64,000 nt of DNA from an uncultured virus (IMG/VR IMGVR_UViG_3300046804_004214) (lineage: Duplodnaviria > Heunggongvirae > Uroviricota > Caudoviricetes). The notes beneath the pieces were generated by a model. It ran no database searches. It worked only from the letters and a program-made list of their open reading frames with translations, and was not told where the DNA came from. Location: IMG/VR virus record IMGVR_UViG_3300046804_004214; one strand, given 5' to 3'. A program made the translations under genes and the position numbers. Shown piece after piece: positions 19,641 through 30,300 of this stretch (position 1 is its first letter; every line of letters starts with the position of its first letter).

Positions 19641-21289
19641 TAAGAATATTCCCACATATAAGACATATCACCATATTCATCTACATACCATCTATCTCCA
19701 TCAATATCAACAAAACTGCTCCCATCCAACCCATCCGATATAAATCCAAAAGGAGCCATATCTTGTTCTATTTGATTTTTTTGCTCTTCATATAATCTTT
19801 TTCTTACATCTTGATCGGTCAGTTCTTTAAAATAATCTTGAGCTACTAACCAAGCATAAATCACAAGACACATTGCCAAATCATCATTGCATCCTTCTTC
19901 AGCTTCAAATGAATTATGTTTTTGGATAAATGTCGTCAATTCACTTATGATATCATAATCATTCAATAATAATTTACTTTCTTCAATCATTGTCTTGAGA
20001 TTAAGACATCCAACTTTTTTTACAGTTTTGGACATCTTAACTCCTAGTTGCGTTTTTTTCCCAGAAAATCCTTGTCCAACTATTTGACCCGCTCTACCTC
20101 TCATAGAACACATTAGTAAATTATTATATTCCAAATCATATTGCAATATACTTGCAACTTGATCACCAACATCATTTACTTCACATAAAAGATAAGCATT
20201 ATTGTAAGCTGTTGCAGCTTCGTGAATAATGCTTGGAAATAGCATTGGTTTAATTTCGTTATTTCTATACTTAGAAACAACTTTATGTGGAAATTGAGTT
20301 ATATCAATTACAGTAAATGCAGAATAATCGTTTCCAACACCCCTTGCAACATCAACTGTAATTAAATAATCGTGATTTTCTTCAGGTTCAACATAAACAT
20401 CTAAACCTGCACTACTTTTATAAGGATGATCATATACTAAATTTCTTAATTTTGATGGTGCAATAAGAGTGTCAACTGATCCTAAAAATTCACATTCAAA
20501 TTCAACTTTGAATTGTGATTCGGAAGTATTAGCAATAGTTTGCTTTTTCCATTCTTCATCTCTTCCTGGAACTTCACTCCAATGAACATCAGTATAAACA
20601 TATTCATTTTTACCTTTTTCAGCATCGTGCCACATTCGGTAGAAATGATTCATACCATGTGGTGTTGAAACTATAATAACTTTAGTTTGTTTACCTGAAG
20701 TAATCGTAGGATAAACTGATGCAAAGAAAGAATCTGCGATATGATTCGGAACGAATGCAAATTCGTCTAAAAATAAAATATTAAATGACATCCCTCGTAC
20801 AGCAGATGCTGATGTTGATGCCGCTAAAATTTTAGATCCATTTTCCAGTTCAAGAGAACCTTTGTTCCAAGAAATAATTCCTTGCTGCATCCACTTTGGT
20901 AGATTTTCATATGCAGTTTGCAATCTATCTAAAAGTTCTCTAGCAGTTGCTGCTTTATTTGCGAGAATACCAATATTAACATTATCATTAAAAACTGCAT
21001 AATGCAATAGAAATGCCACAACAGTTGTTGACTTTCCAGTCTGTCTAGGCATTTTACAGATATTAAATCTATGTCTATGAAAATTATTAATTAATTTTTC
21101 TTGGAAATGATAAGGCTTAAAGTTTTGAAGACCATGATCAAGAGTAACAATTTTTACATAATTTTTGGCAAAATAAACAGGATCGTTCATACATTTTGCA
21201 AGTTCAATAACTTGATCTTGTGTGAACTCGTGAGTAGTATTTGCTTTTTTGAGAAGAGGATTGCCTAGATAAACATCATTATTTGCCAT
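19640..21289 (-). CDS. g17: Terminase large subunit
   Basis: YLGNPLLK, PRQTGKST, LDEFAF, DDLAM. Confidence 0.99.
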   Translation of the reverse strand: MANNDVYLGNPLLKKANTTHEFTQDQVIELAKCMNDPVYFAKNYVKIVTLDHGLQNFKPYHFQEKLINNFHRHRFNICKMPRQTGKSTTVVAFLLHYAVFNDNVNIGILANKAATARELLDRLQTAYENLPKWMQQGIISWNKGSLELENGSKILAASTSASAVRGMSFNILFLDEFAFVPNHIADSFFASVYPTITSGKQTKVIIVSTPHGMNHFYRMWHDAEKGKNEYVYTDVHWSEVPGRDEEWKKQTIANTSESQFKVEFECEFLGSVDTLIAPSKLRNLVYDHPYKSSAGLDVYVEPEENHDYLITVDVARGVGNDYSAFTVIDITQFPHKVVSKYRNNEIKPMLFPSIIHEAATAYNNAYLLCEVNDVGDQVASILQYDLEYNNLLMCSMRGRAGQIVGQGFSGKKTQLGVKMSKTVKKVGCLNLKTMIEESKLLLNDYDIISELTTFIQKHNSFEAEEGCNDDLAMCLVIYAWLVAQDYFKELTDQDVRKRLYEEQKNQIEQDMAPFGFISDGLDGSSFVDIDGDRWYVDEYGDMSYMWEYS

Positions 21290-21305
21290 AACAAATACCT
21301 ACAGA

Positions 21306-22757
21306 TTAATTACAATTCCAACGTCTTAATGCTCTATTAATTCTACTATCAGGATCTCTTGCAGTTTCTGCGCTAGTTAATCTCTTTTTCATACCAGACA
21401 TACGACTACAAAAGTTTTTTCTGCGTTGAGCTCTTTTTCCTGATGGATTTTTTTCAGTCACTGCAGTTTTTAGTTTTGAACCAGGATTCTCACGGCGATA
21501 TGCATCAACTGCTTTTTGACTCAGACCATCAGTTTTATCTTGACGATTAATTTTTTGCCAATCTTCATCAATTTCAACCTCTTCTCCCATTGATTTAATA
21601 TAATTTCTGTTTGGTCCCGGAGATGCAAAACTTCCTCCTTGTGGACCAAATACTTGAATTAAAGGTTGACCTGGTTGAATTTCTGAAATGGAATGATAAA
21701 GTACGTTACACCCAGGATAAACTTTCTGGAGTTCATCAGTTATCTCTTTTCTTGTTGGAGTTTTTACCTGCGGGAAGAACATTCTAAGTGCATAATATTT
21801 TCCTCTCCAATTTAAAGTAACTGCAATTACATTTCCTGTCTGTGCTTGCAGTCTTGTTGCTTCATCTACTTGAGATTTAAATCCTTTTATTGGTTCTGGT
21901 TTGATAATATCAACTACCTCTGCAAAAGTGTTTCCGTTAGCATCTTCAATAGTCACATTTTCTTTAGCAACGCAATTTGGAACCTCCTTCCCGCCTTTAA
22001 TTTTAGTTGGTGGATTTCCTAATTTTTTTGTAGTCCAACATTTACCAGCACCTACATTTTTTCTTGCTTGCTCTAAATCTTCACCAATATCTAAAGTTTT
22101 TGGATATCCTTCTTCTCCTGGCTTTGCTGGACGTTCTCCACGCTTTCTTTTCGCATGAATATTATCCCACAATCCTTTTTTCTTACCCTCTTCAATAATT
22201 TCTCCAACAATTTTGTCAACAATCCTTTGCTCTTCCATTTCTCCGCTTGTAACATAATCTGCTGCAGTATCAATATAATCTGCTGCCTTTGTGATTTTTG
22301 ATTGAACCCACGCCTCTAAATTACCTTCGCCTTTTCCAACCGTCATTTGTAGTCTTTTAATTGCATCCGACATTGTTTTTAGTTCTGAACGAACCATAGA
22401 ATACTCTTCATCCTTTACGGAAACTTTATCCCACGCTTTCTCACCATAACTACACTCAGATCTCGTCTCCCTTTTATTACATAAAGGACAATATCTTTGT
22501 TCTTCGTGAGATTCTTTTACATCTCTAAATTTTTTATGTTCTTTTTTAGCATCTGCCTCCATTTTTTTGAGGCGAGTGTAATAGTCGGGTATTTCATCCA
22601 AATGCTGAAGAGCAATGTCCATAGCAAGTTTATGATCTTTAGTATGCTCATGTTCAATTGGCTCTCCCATATCAAGTTGTTTCTGAATAAAAGAAGCATC
22701 AAGACGATGCTTCTTTGCAATTTGTTCAACTGTTTTATGCGGTTTAAATGAGCTCAT
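21306..22757 (-). CDS. Modular late protein (DUF5661-like N-terminus, DUF6321-like C-terminus), probable internal head polyprotein
   Basis: EHEHT...IALQHLDEIPDYYTRL; CW...VPNCV; RRKNFCSRM...SRINRALRRWNC; late promoter at 22782-22789. DUF names are from recall. Confidence 0.7.
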   Translation of the reverse strand: MSSFKPHKTVEQIAKKHRLDASFIQKQLDMGEPIEHEHTKDHKLAMDIALQHLDEIPDYYTRLKKMEADAKKEHKKFRDVKESHEEQRYCPLCNKRETRSECSYGEKAWDKVSVKDEEYSMVRSELKTMSDAIKRLQMTVGKGEGNLEAWVQSKITKAADYIDTAADYVTSGEMEEQRIVDKIVGEIIEEGKKKGLWDNIHAKRKRGERPAKPGEEGYPKTLDIGEDLEQARKNVGAGKCWTTKKLGNPPTKIKGGKEVPNCVAKENVTIEDANGNTFAEVVDIIKPEPIKGFKSQVDEATRLQAQTGNVIAVTLNWRGKYYALRMFFPQVKTPTRKEITDELQKVYPGCNVLYHSISEIQPGQPLIQVFGPQGGSFASPGPNRNYIKSMGEEVEIDEDWQKINRQDKTDGLSQKAVDAYRRENPGSKLKTAVTEKNPSGKRAQRRKNFCSRMSGMKKRLTSAETARDPDSRINRALRRWNCN

Positions 22758-22791
22758 ATTATGAGATGTGAGTTTTATTTGTATTTATAGT

Positions 22792-25700
22792 TTAAAACTT
22801 ACTCAGATTATCCTCAATCCTTTTTGCATACTCTTCTGATATTTCATAATTATTTTTTATCTCTAAAAATAATTTTTTAGATTCCTCAGTTTTGCCCCAC
22901 CACCAAGATGATATAGCCTTTTCAAACAATAATCCATATTTTCCTGGATATTCTACATCAGTTTTGAGTGGTTTACAATCAAAATCTACGTTATTTAACG
23001 CCTGATCAGCCATAATATAACACTCTTGCCAACATTGTCTTCTTTCACAAAAACGACTGAGTAAAAAATATGCTTCAGGTCTTTCTGGAACTAAACATAA
23101 AGCTTGTTGAAGAATTCCTTTAGCCGTTCCATCTCTAGTTCCCTGCCGATCATAAGAATTTGATGCATGAATTAATGCTTCATATGCAAGTACTTTATCA
23201 TCTGTTCTTTCTGCACATCTTAAAAAGTATGAAAGTGCTGGAGCGTGATGACCTCTTCCTTCGTACCAATGCGCCAAATTCCAATTGCAAATAGCATCTT
23301 CAGTATTAAGTGCATATTGTGAAAGAGGATCTGAGCAATCATTTGGTTCTATAATATTGATAAAATTGATATCTTTTTCAGGTAGAAGATAATTTTTAAC
23401 CCTTGGCAAATCAAAAATTATTTGTGGCAGATTATCTAATGGATATGATTTTAAAATATTATCTTTATCTCCCGTTAAACTAGAAGATCCTTCTTTTGCA
23501 ACAAAAGAATTGATAAATTCTTCAAAGTTTTTATTTTCTCCAGAAAAACTAAAAATTTGATTTGTATAACTAAAAGACTTTGATTTTACAACTCTATCTT
23601 GTGTACTTCCCATCCAACTAAAATGCCAACCTAAATCATTTAAAAATACGTCTCCTTGAACTGGATGACCTATTATAAATGGACATTGGTATTCAGATCT
23701 CATAGAATCTGGAGAACAAATTTCTAAATGCTGCTTTAAACACATAACCATTGATCTAGCATAAGGTTTAATCGATCCATCGGAAAAATGAGTTCTTAAA
23801 TTGGATCTTCCTTCCAATAAAACCAAAGGTATTTTAATAATTCCTTCTCTATTTGTTCTCAATATATTTGAAAGAAAATCAATATTCTGTGGATTAATTA
23901 TTTCGTCACAATCACTAATTATGAAAACGGTATTATCATCGTATTTGTTTAAAACCTGAGAAAATGCGTTTCTTTGTAGTTTTTCTCTACTTTGGGTTTT
24001 TATGTTTGGATTAAAGTAAAGGTCATAGTCTGTAGGTGGTCCAATTTTTTCTTCTGATAAATCTAACTCAATAACTTCAATTTTATTTTCGGGTAAACCT
24101 AGTTCTTTTATTGTATCCTTGCAAGTATATTCCTTTTTAATTCCACTAAACGTGTAATTACCTTCAACAATGATAAATTTATCTACATGATCCTTTAATA
24201 AATTAATTCTCAATTCGAGTAATTCTTTTTCATTAAAATATAAAAAACAATCTACAACATTACTTTTCTTTTTCGGTGGAAATTGTGCCTTTACTACGAA
24301 TCCTCTTGTCATTGTTTTTTTATCCTCCTTTTTTTTATTTTGATTATTTTTCCACCAATCTAAAACATATTCGTGTGATTTATAATGATTATTCTTTTGC
24401 CCATCCTTAACATCGTCATCATAACCATCAAAAGTAGAAGTAAACCTAATATCCTCGACAAACAATGGATAAGTATATGTTTTTCCTACACTAGCAAAAA
24501 GAATATTTTCAATAAGTGGCATAACATCTTGATTTGGAACTTCCAAATTAAATGTATCCCCCAAACAATAGGTCTCTATTAATCTTTTTGCATAATCTCT
24601 AGTTATAATATAAGCACTTACTGCCCAATCGTCCCAATATCTATCTCTTAATTTTATTTCACCCAAATCACCCTTAACTGATAATAACTGAACACATTCC
24701 CAATCTTCTGGAAGATCATTGATTAATTCTTCCCAAGTAAAGTTCCAATATTCTACAGTTTCTAAACTCAAATCATCTTCACAGAAAAAACCATATTTGT
24801 GGTCAGTTTTTTCATACCATTCTTTAATTGCCTTTAAATGAGAAACGCAACAACCTTTAGTTCCATCATTTAACTGATATGCATATTTACCTGTTACAAT
24901 ATCATTAGACTCTGAAAATCTTTTTGAGGTTAAGAAATTTACAGAGTGACCATACTTATTAAATTGATTCACTATATTCCTTCTTCTATCTGTAGATTCT
25001 GCAAGATTCATACAATAGATTGATGGAATTGAATTTAATTTTGAATTGTTTACCTTTAATTCTTTTGATGCATAAAAAACATTATTACCCCCATCTTCAA
25101 TATTCCAAAAATATTTTTTACTTACATAGAAATTAGATATATCATCAATTAAAGCTTTACTTTTTTTGCTTTGATCTAAAGTTACACAATATTCTGCTTC
25201 CCAATGAATTTCTTCTTCTGTTTGATTAGGTCTATTCATTCTAAGACCACTTTTAAAACTTTCTAACTCCTCTTGATCAAATCCATTATAATTTTCAAAT
25301 CTCTTTGTGTCTTGATGTGGAATGTGAAGCAATTTATAATCAAATGTAATCTTTTTTTGAGTAAGTCCAAGAAGTTCTAGTCTTGAATAAAATTCATCAT
25401 CTTCATATCCATAATATTTCCCAAGATCTTCATTATATCCACCAACTTTGTCAAAATTTTCTTTTGATACCAACAAAAATCCACTTAAGTGTCTAAAGAA
25501 TGGACTATAAGCTCTAAAATATTCATCCAATTCTTGGTCACTCATCGTCAATTTATTAAAAATATAAGTCCCCCATTCTTCCGAATAATACTCATTGGAT
25601 TTTTTTCCATTTTTTCCAGTTACAAACGTTTTTTCATCTACTGGATAATCATTTAAAAAATTATAATATGGATTAAAAATATAATCTGTATCTAATTTTA

Positions 25701-25953
25701 ATATATAATCTCCAGTAGCAATACTTGCAGCTAGATTTAGTGGTTGGGGAAGATTGAAATATTTCTCATCATCTACCCTGATAATTTTAATCCTATCATC
25801 AAGACTTACTAAATCTTCAATTGATTCGTCAGATGACCAATCGACAATAATTATTTCCTTTATTTCTTTAACATTTAACCAAGAACTTAAAGATACGTTT
25901 AGTGGTTCTCTTCTATTTTTACACGCACAAATAGCAGAAATATTCATAATCAC
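22792..25953 (-). CDS. Multidomain glycosyltransferase: GT2/GT7-like + GT25-like + GT17-like + TPR
   Basis: IIIVDWSS/LKLDTD/GGYNE..GYEDDE; NLAESTDRR/GCCVSH/FCEDDL; DCFLYFNEKELLELR/SDCDEI/GWHFSW; helical TPR-like C-terminus. Confidence 0.85.
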   Translation of the reverse strand: MIMNISAICACKNRREPLNVSLSSWLNVKEIKEIIIVDWSSDESIEDLVSLDDRIKIIRVDDEKYFNLPQPLNLAASIATGDYILKLDTDYIFNPYYNFLNDYPVDEKTFVTGKNGKKSNEYYSEEWGTYIFNKLTMSDQELDEYFRAYSPFFRHLSGFLLVSKENFDKVGGYNEDLGKYYGYEDDEFYSRLELLGLTQKKITFDYKLLHIPHQDTKRFENYNGFDQEELESFKSGLRMNRPNQTEEEIHWEAEYCVTLDQSKKSKALIDDISNFYVSKKYFWNIEDGGNNVFYASKELKVNNSKLNSIPSIYCMNLAESTDRRRNIVNQFNKYGHSVNFLTSKRFSESNDIVTGKYAYQLNDGTKGCCVSHLKAIKEWYEKTDHKYGFFCEDDLSLETVEYWNFTWEELINDLPEDWECVQLLSVKGDLGEIKLRDRYWDDWAVSAYIITRDYAKRLIETYCLGDTFNLEVPNQDVMPLIENILFASVGKTYTYPLFVEDIRFTSTFDGYDDDVKDGQKNNHYKSHEYVLDWWKNNQNKKKEDKKTMTRGFVVKAQFPPKKKSNVVDCFLYFNEKELLELRINLLKDHVDKFIIVEGNYTFSGIKKEYTCKDTIKELGLPENKIEVIELDLSEEKIGPPTDYDLYFNPNIKTQSREKLQRNAFSQVLNKYDDNTVFIISDCDEIINPQNIDFLSNILRTNREGIIKIPLVLLEGRSNLRTHFSDGSIKPYARSMVMCLKQHLEICSPDSMRSEYQCPFIIGHPVQGDVFLNDLGWHFSWMGSTQDRVVKSKSFSYTNQIFSFSGENKNFEEFINSFVAKEGSSSLTGDKDNILKSYPLDNLPQIIFDLPRVKNYLLPEKDINFINIIEPNDCSDPLSQYALNTEDAICNWNLAHWYEGRGHHAPALSYFLRCAERTDDKVLAYEALIHASNSYDRQGTRDGTAKGILQQALCLVPERPEAYFLLSRFCERRQCWQECYIMADQALNNVDFDCKPLKTDVEYPGKYGLLFEKAISSWWWGKTEESKKLFLEIKNNYEISEEYAKRIEDNLSKF

Positions 25954-26927
25954 TCTCCAAATACAAAACTATAAAGTACTTTTTTTGGAACCCTCAATAT
26001 ATAAGCCGCATTATCTTGATATCCAAATGTAATAAGATAATTGTCACCATACTCTGCCATACCAACAGCAAATTCTATTTCTGCTTCCATAAAAGAAAAT
26101 TGTTCAGATACTTTCACTAAATTCCAGTCATTATCCCAAACAACAAATCTATGGCGATATGTTCCATCCTTTCTTCCTTGCTTACTATTGAATAAGAAAG
26201 TTTCGTGATTCACACAAAACCTATATCCATTGTAAGATAAAACTTGAGATCCTCCTCTCAAGTCTACGCATCCCATATCTTTCCAACTCTTTAGAACTAC
26301 TGTTTCGCAAGTTCCTTTTTGCATATCGACCCTTACAATTTCTGTGCCATTCGACCACTTAATATAATGATATGGCATATCTAAGATAGGAATCCAATTC
26401 TTTTCACAATATGAATCATCATTTCCCGGAGAAGGTACTCTAAATCTGGATACTTCCTTTACACCATTCTCAGAAACTTCCAATTCTGAAAGTTCCATTC
26501 TACCTTGTCCATTAGTTGTTGTATCTCTACGAACACCAGTTAGATATAGTTTTCCATCCCATCTTACTATCCTAGAATCTTCTAATCCAACAAATTCCCA
26601 GAGTGGTGGTTTATCTAATGCTGTTGTATCTACGTGATGATATGATTTAATTGTTAGATCCTCATTCATTTCGCACATAATATTATGAGTGCGAAGGTGT
26701 AAATCATTTTCTGGATGAATATAAACAAGAGGACCCCAATGATGCTCAAACTTTTTCTTTTCAGAATGATAAAGAGTGTAATTTATATTTCTTAAATTCA
26801 CCCATAGTTTTTCTCCATCAAGATAAACAGATGGGTTTGTTAAAGAAGGTCCTCTTAAATCTACCGGAGGAATTATTAATGAATGAATACTTCCACCATT
26901 CTCTAATACAAATTTTACAAAATTCAT
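25950..26927 (-). CDS. Five-bladed beta-propeller glycosidase/phosphorylase-like protein (GH130/GH43 clan-like)
   Basis: NPSV, GLEDSRI, EKNWIP, LRGGS, IEFAVG motifs; late promoter at 26950-26957; overlaps the GT start. Confidence 0.7.
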   Translation of the reverse strand: MNFVKFVLENGGSIHSLIIPPVDLRGPSLTNPSVYLDGEKLWVNLRNINYTLYHSEKKKFEHHWGPLVYIHPENDLHLRTHNIMCEMNEDLTIKSYHHVDTTALDKPPLWEFVGLEDSRIVRWDGKLYLTGVRRDTTTNGQGRMELSELEVSENGVKEVSRFRVPSPGNDDSYCEKNWIPILDMPYHYIKWSNGTEIVRVDMQKGTCETVVLKSWKDMGCVDLRGGSQVLSYNGYRFCVNHETFLFNSKQGRKDGTYRHRFVVWDNDWNLVKVSEQFSFMEAEIEFAVGMAEYGDNYLITFGYQDNAAYILRVPKKVLYSFVFGE

Positions 26928-26959
26928 AAAACATTATTAAATTTTTAGATATTTATATC

Positions 26960-27145
26960 TTAGCGAGATAATGCAAAATTTACACCAAATCGATTAGTAC
27001 CCATATTTCCACATTTTCCTTGAACACCTTGATTGCCTTGGAGACCTTGAACGGATTGTCTACCTTGAATACTTTGTGATCCTTGAAGACCTTGTGATCC
27101 GTCTGGTTTTCCCTCACTTCTTATGAGAGTAGATAGTAGTGCCAT
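26960..27145 (-). CDS. Mini collagen-like peptide 2 (61 aa)
   Basis: MALLSTL...(GXQ)n...FGVNFALSR; TAATG-coupled to the upstream paralogue. Confidence 0.75.
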   Translation of the reverse strand: MALLSTLIRSEGKPDGSQGLQGSQSIQGRQSVQGLQGNQGVQGKCGNMGTNRFGVNFALSR

Positions 27146-27315
27146 TAGTATCCTAATATAAAATTAATTCCGATATTTGAAGGTCCCTGAACACCCTGAA
27201 TAGCTTGAAGACCTTGAAGACCTTGAGTTCCTTGAGTTCCTTGAGTTCCTTGAACACCTTGAGTACCTTGAGACCCCTGAAAATTTGAAGTGAGTAAAGT
27301 TGATAGTAATGCCAT
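27145..27315 (-). CDS. Mini collagen-like peptide 1 (56 aa); not in the ORF track
   Basis: MALLSTLLTSNFQGSQGTQGVQGTQGTQGTQGLQGLQAIQGVQGPSNIGINFILGY*. Confidence 0.8.
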   Translation of the reverse strand: MALLSTLLTSNFQGSQGTQGVQGTQGTQGTQGLQGLQAIQGVQGPSNIGINFILGY

Positions 27316-27333
27316 TTTTTTAATTTATATATT

Positions 27334-30300
27334 TTATCCGGGAGATAACCAAGCAATAATAGCTAAACCTCTCATACTCGACCCTTGAGTACCTTGAGTT
27401 GCCTGAAGACCTTGGACACCTTGCAATCCTTGAACACCTTGACTTCCTTGAGGACCGACAGATGCATAAACCTCCCAAGTAGATCCATCATAAACAAAAT
27501 CAACTGTTATTCCTTTTACGTCTAGAATTAAGTCCTCTACTAAACCTTCAATTGTAGATCCATTTCTCCCAACTGTTAGATTTGTTACGTTCCAATTATT
27601 TGCATCTGCAATTGAAACGACATTGCCACTGGATGGAGTTGCTGGAAGAGTAATTGTAAATGTTCCTCCAGCAGTATTTGCAAGTATTTTATCTCCTGTA
27701 ACTGCGGTATAATTTGTTGTTTTTAATTGCCACGAAGAGACTGCTCCAGATCCCTGAAGACCCTGTAGACCTTGAGTACCTTGAGTTCCTTGAGTTCCTT
27801 GTGTTCCTTGTGTTCCCTGAGTGGTTCCTGCAAGACCCTGTAGACCTTGAGTTCCTTGCGTTCCTTGTCTACCTTGAGTACCTTGTGTTCCCTGAGTGGT
27901 TCCTGCAAGACCCTGTAGACCTTGAGTTCCTTGAGTGCCTTGAGTTCCTTGTGTTCCCTGAGTGGTTCCTGCAAGACCCTGTAGACCTTGAGTTCCTTGA
28001 GTTCCTTGAGATCCTATTCCCTGTGTTCCTTGAGAACCCTGAGTTGTTCCAGCGAGACCTTGTAGACCCTGAGTTCCTTGATTACTTAAACCCTGAAGAC
28101 CTTGAGTTCCTTGCGTTCCTTGTCTACCTTGAGTACCTTGAGATCCTTGAAGTCCCTGAGTACCTTGAGTACCCTGAGTACCTTGAGTTGTTCCCGCAAG
28201 ACCTTGTAAACCTTGAACACCTTGAGATCCTTGAGTTCCTTGAGATCCTATTCCCTGAGTTCCTTGAGTACCTTGAGTAGTTCCTGCAAGACCTTGTAAA
28301 CCTTGAGTACCTTGAGTACCTTGAGTACCTTGAGTACCTTGAAGACCTTGAGTACCTTGAGTGGTTCCTGCTAGACCTTGAACACCTTGAGTACCTTGAG
28401 TTCCTTGTCTACCTTGAGTACCTTGAGTACCTTGAGTAGTTCCAGCAAGACCTTGAGATCCTTGAGTTCCTTGAGATCCTATTCCCTGAGTACCTTGAAG
28501 ACCTTGAGTACCTTGAGTGGTTCCAGCAAGACCTTGAGGTCCTTGAGTTCCTTGAGTTCCTTGAGTTCCTTGAGTTCCTTGAGTTCCCTGAGTGGTTCCT
28601 GCAAGACCTTGAGGTCCTTGAGTTCCTTGAGTTCCTTGAGTTCCTTGAGTTCCTTGAGTTCCTTGAGTGGTTCCTGCAAGACCTTGAACACCTTGAGTAC
28701 CTTGAGATCCTTGTAAACCTTGAGTACCTTGAGTACCTTGAGTAGTTCCAGCAAGACCTTGAGGTCCTTGAAGACCTTGAACACCTTGAGTTCCTTGATT
28801 TCCTTGATTTCCTTGAGTACCTTGAGTAGTTCCAGCAAGACCTTGGAGACCTTGAACACCTTGAGATCCTTGAAGTCCCTGAGTACCTTGAGTACCTTGA
28901 TTACTTAAACCTTGGAGACCTTGAACACCTTGGGATCCTTGAAGTCCCTGAGTACCTTGAGTTCCTTGAGTACCTTGAGTAGTTCCAGCAAGACCTTGGA
29001 GACCTTGAACACCTTGAGATCCTTGAAGACCTTGAAGACCCTGTAAACCTTGAGTACCTTGATTACTTAAACCTTGTAAACCTTGGACACCTTGAGATCC
29101 TTGAAGACCTTGAGTACCTTGAGTACCTTGAGTTGTTCCTGCAAGACCTTGTAAACCTTGAGTACCTTGAGATCCTTGTAATCCTTGAGTACCTTGAGTA
29201 CCTTGATTACTTAAACCTTGAAGACCTTGAACACCTTGAGTACCTTGAGATCCTTGTAATCCTTGAGTACCTTGAGTACCTTGAGTAGTTCCCGAGAGAC
29301 CTTGAAGACCTTGAGTACCTTGAGTTCCTTGAAGACCTTGAATTCCCTGAAGACCTTGAGTACCTTGAAGACCTTGAAGACCTTGAAGACCTTGAGATCC
29401 TTGTAATCCTTGAGTACCTTGATTACTTAAACCTTGAAGTCCCTGAGTACCTTGAAGTCCCTGAGTACCTTGAGATCCTTGTAATCCTTGAGTACCTTGA
29501 GTACCTTGAGTAGTTCCCGCGAGACCTTGAGTACCTTGAGTACCTTGAGATCCTTGTAATCCTTGAGTACCTTGAGTACCTTGAGTAGTTCCCGCGAGAC
29601 CTTGAACACCTTGTAATCCTTGAGTACCTTGAGTACCTTGAGTACCTTGATTACTTAAACCTTGGAGACCTTGAGTACCTTGTAAACCTTGAGTTCCTTG
29701 AAGACCCTGAGTACCCTGAGTACCTTGTCTTCCTTGAGTACCTTGAGTACCTTGTAATCCTTGAGTACCCTGAGTTCCTTGCAATCCTGCGGCAGAAGGA
29801 GTTGTCCAAGAAACACCAGAAACTGTAGATACTAGGATAGAACCAGCAGCACCTACATTTCCATAATAATCTCTTAGTGAACTATCAAGTTCTACTAATC
29901 CACCAAATGTAGAAGCACCAGAAACTCTTACGTCACCCTGAACGTGTAATTTTGCCAATGGAAGTGTTGTACCAATACCAACTCTTTCGTTAGTTCCATA
30001 AGGTGCTAACTGAATTGTCCCATCAGCATTTACATCAATGCTTGGAATACCAGAAACATCATTAACAGAGAAAATAGAACCTGAAGTAAGATTATTAGTA
30101 ATACTGAAGAGTTGACCAGCAGACCCTTCAAATGAAAGTGTTCCAGAATTAAGAGTGTCATAAGGTATAATATCAATAATAGTTCCTATTCCAAGAGATC
30201 CTGTAGAAGGATTAATTTGCAGTCTAGTAGAAGAAACTCTAAGTGTAGTTTGAATACCTGAAGTTACACTTGATATTGCAACATACCAATTTGAGTTGGT

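Noticed and set aside
19640..21289. Intein or intron in terminase (also checked uvsW, g20, g23, g46)
   Set aside because: Lengths are normal, reading frames are continuous and no splicing motifs are seen
27153..27356. 67-aa track ORF
   Set aside because: Wrong frame; 27145..27315 has an ATG, a paralogous leader and translational coupling
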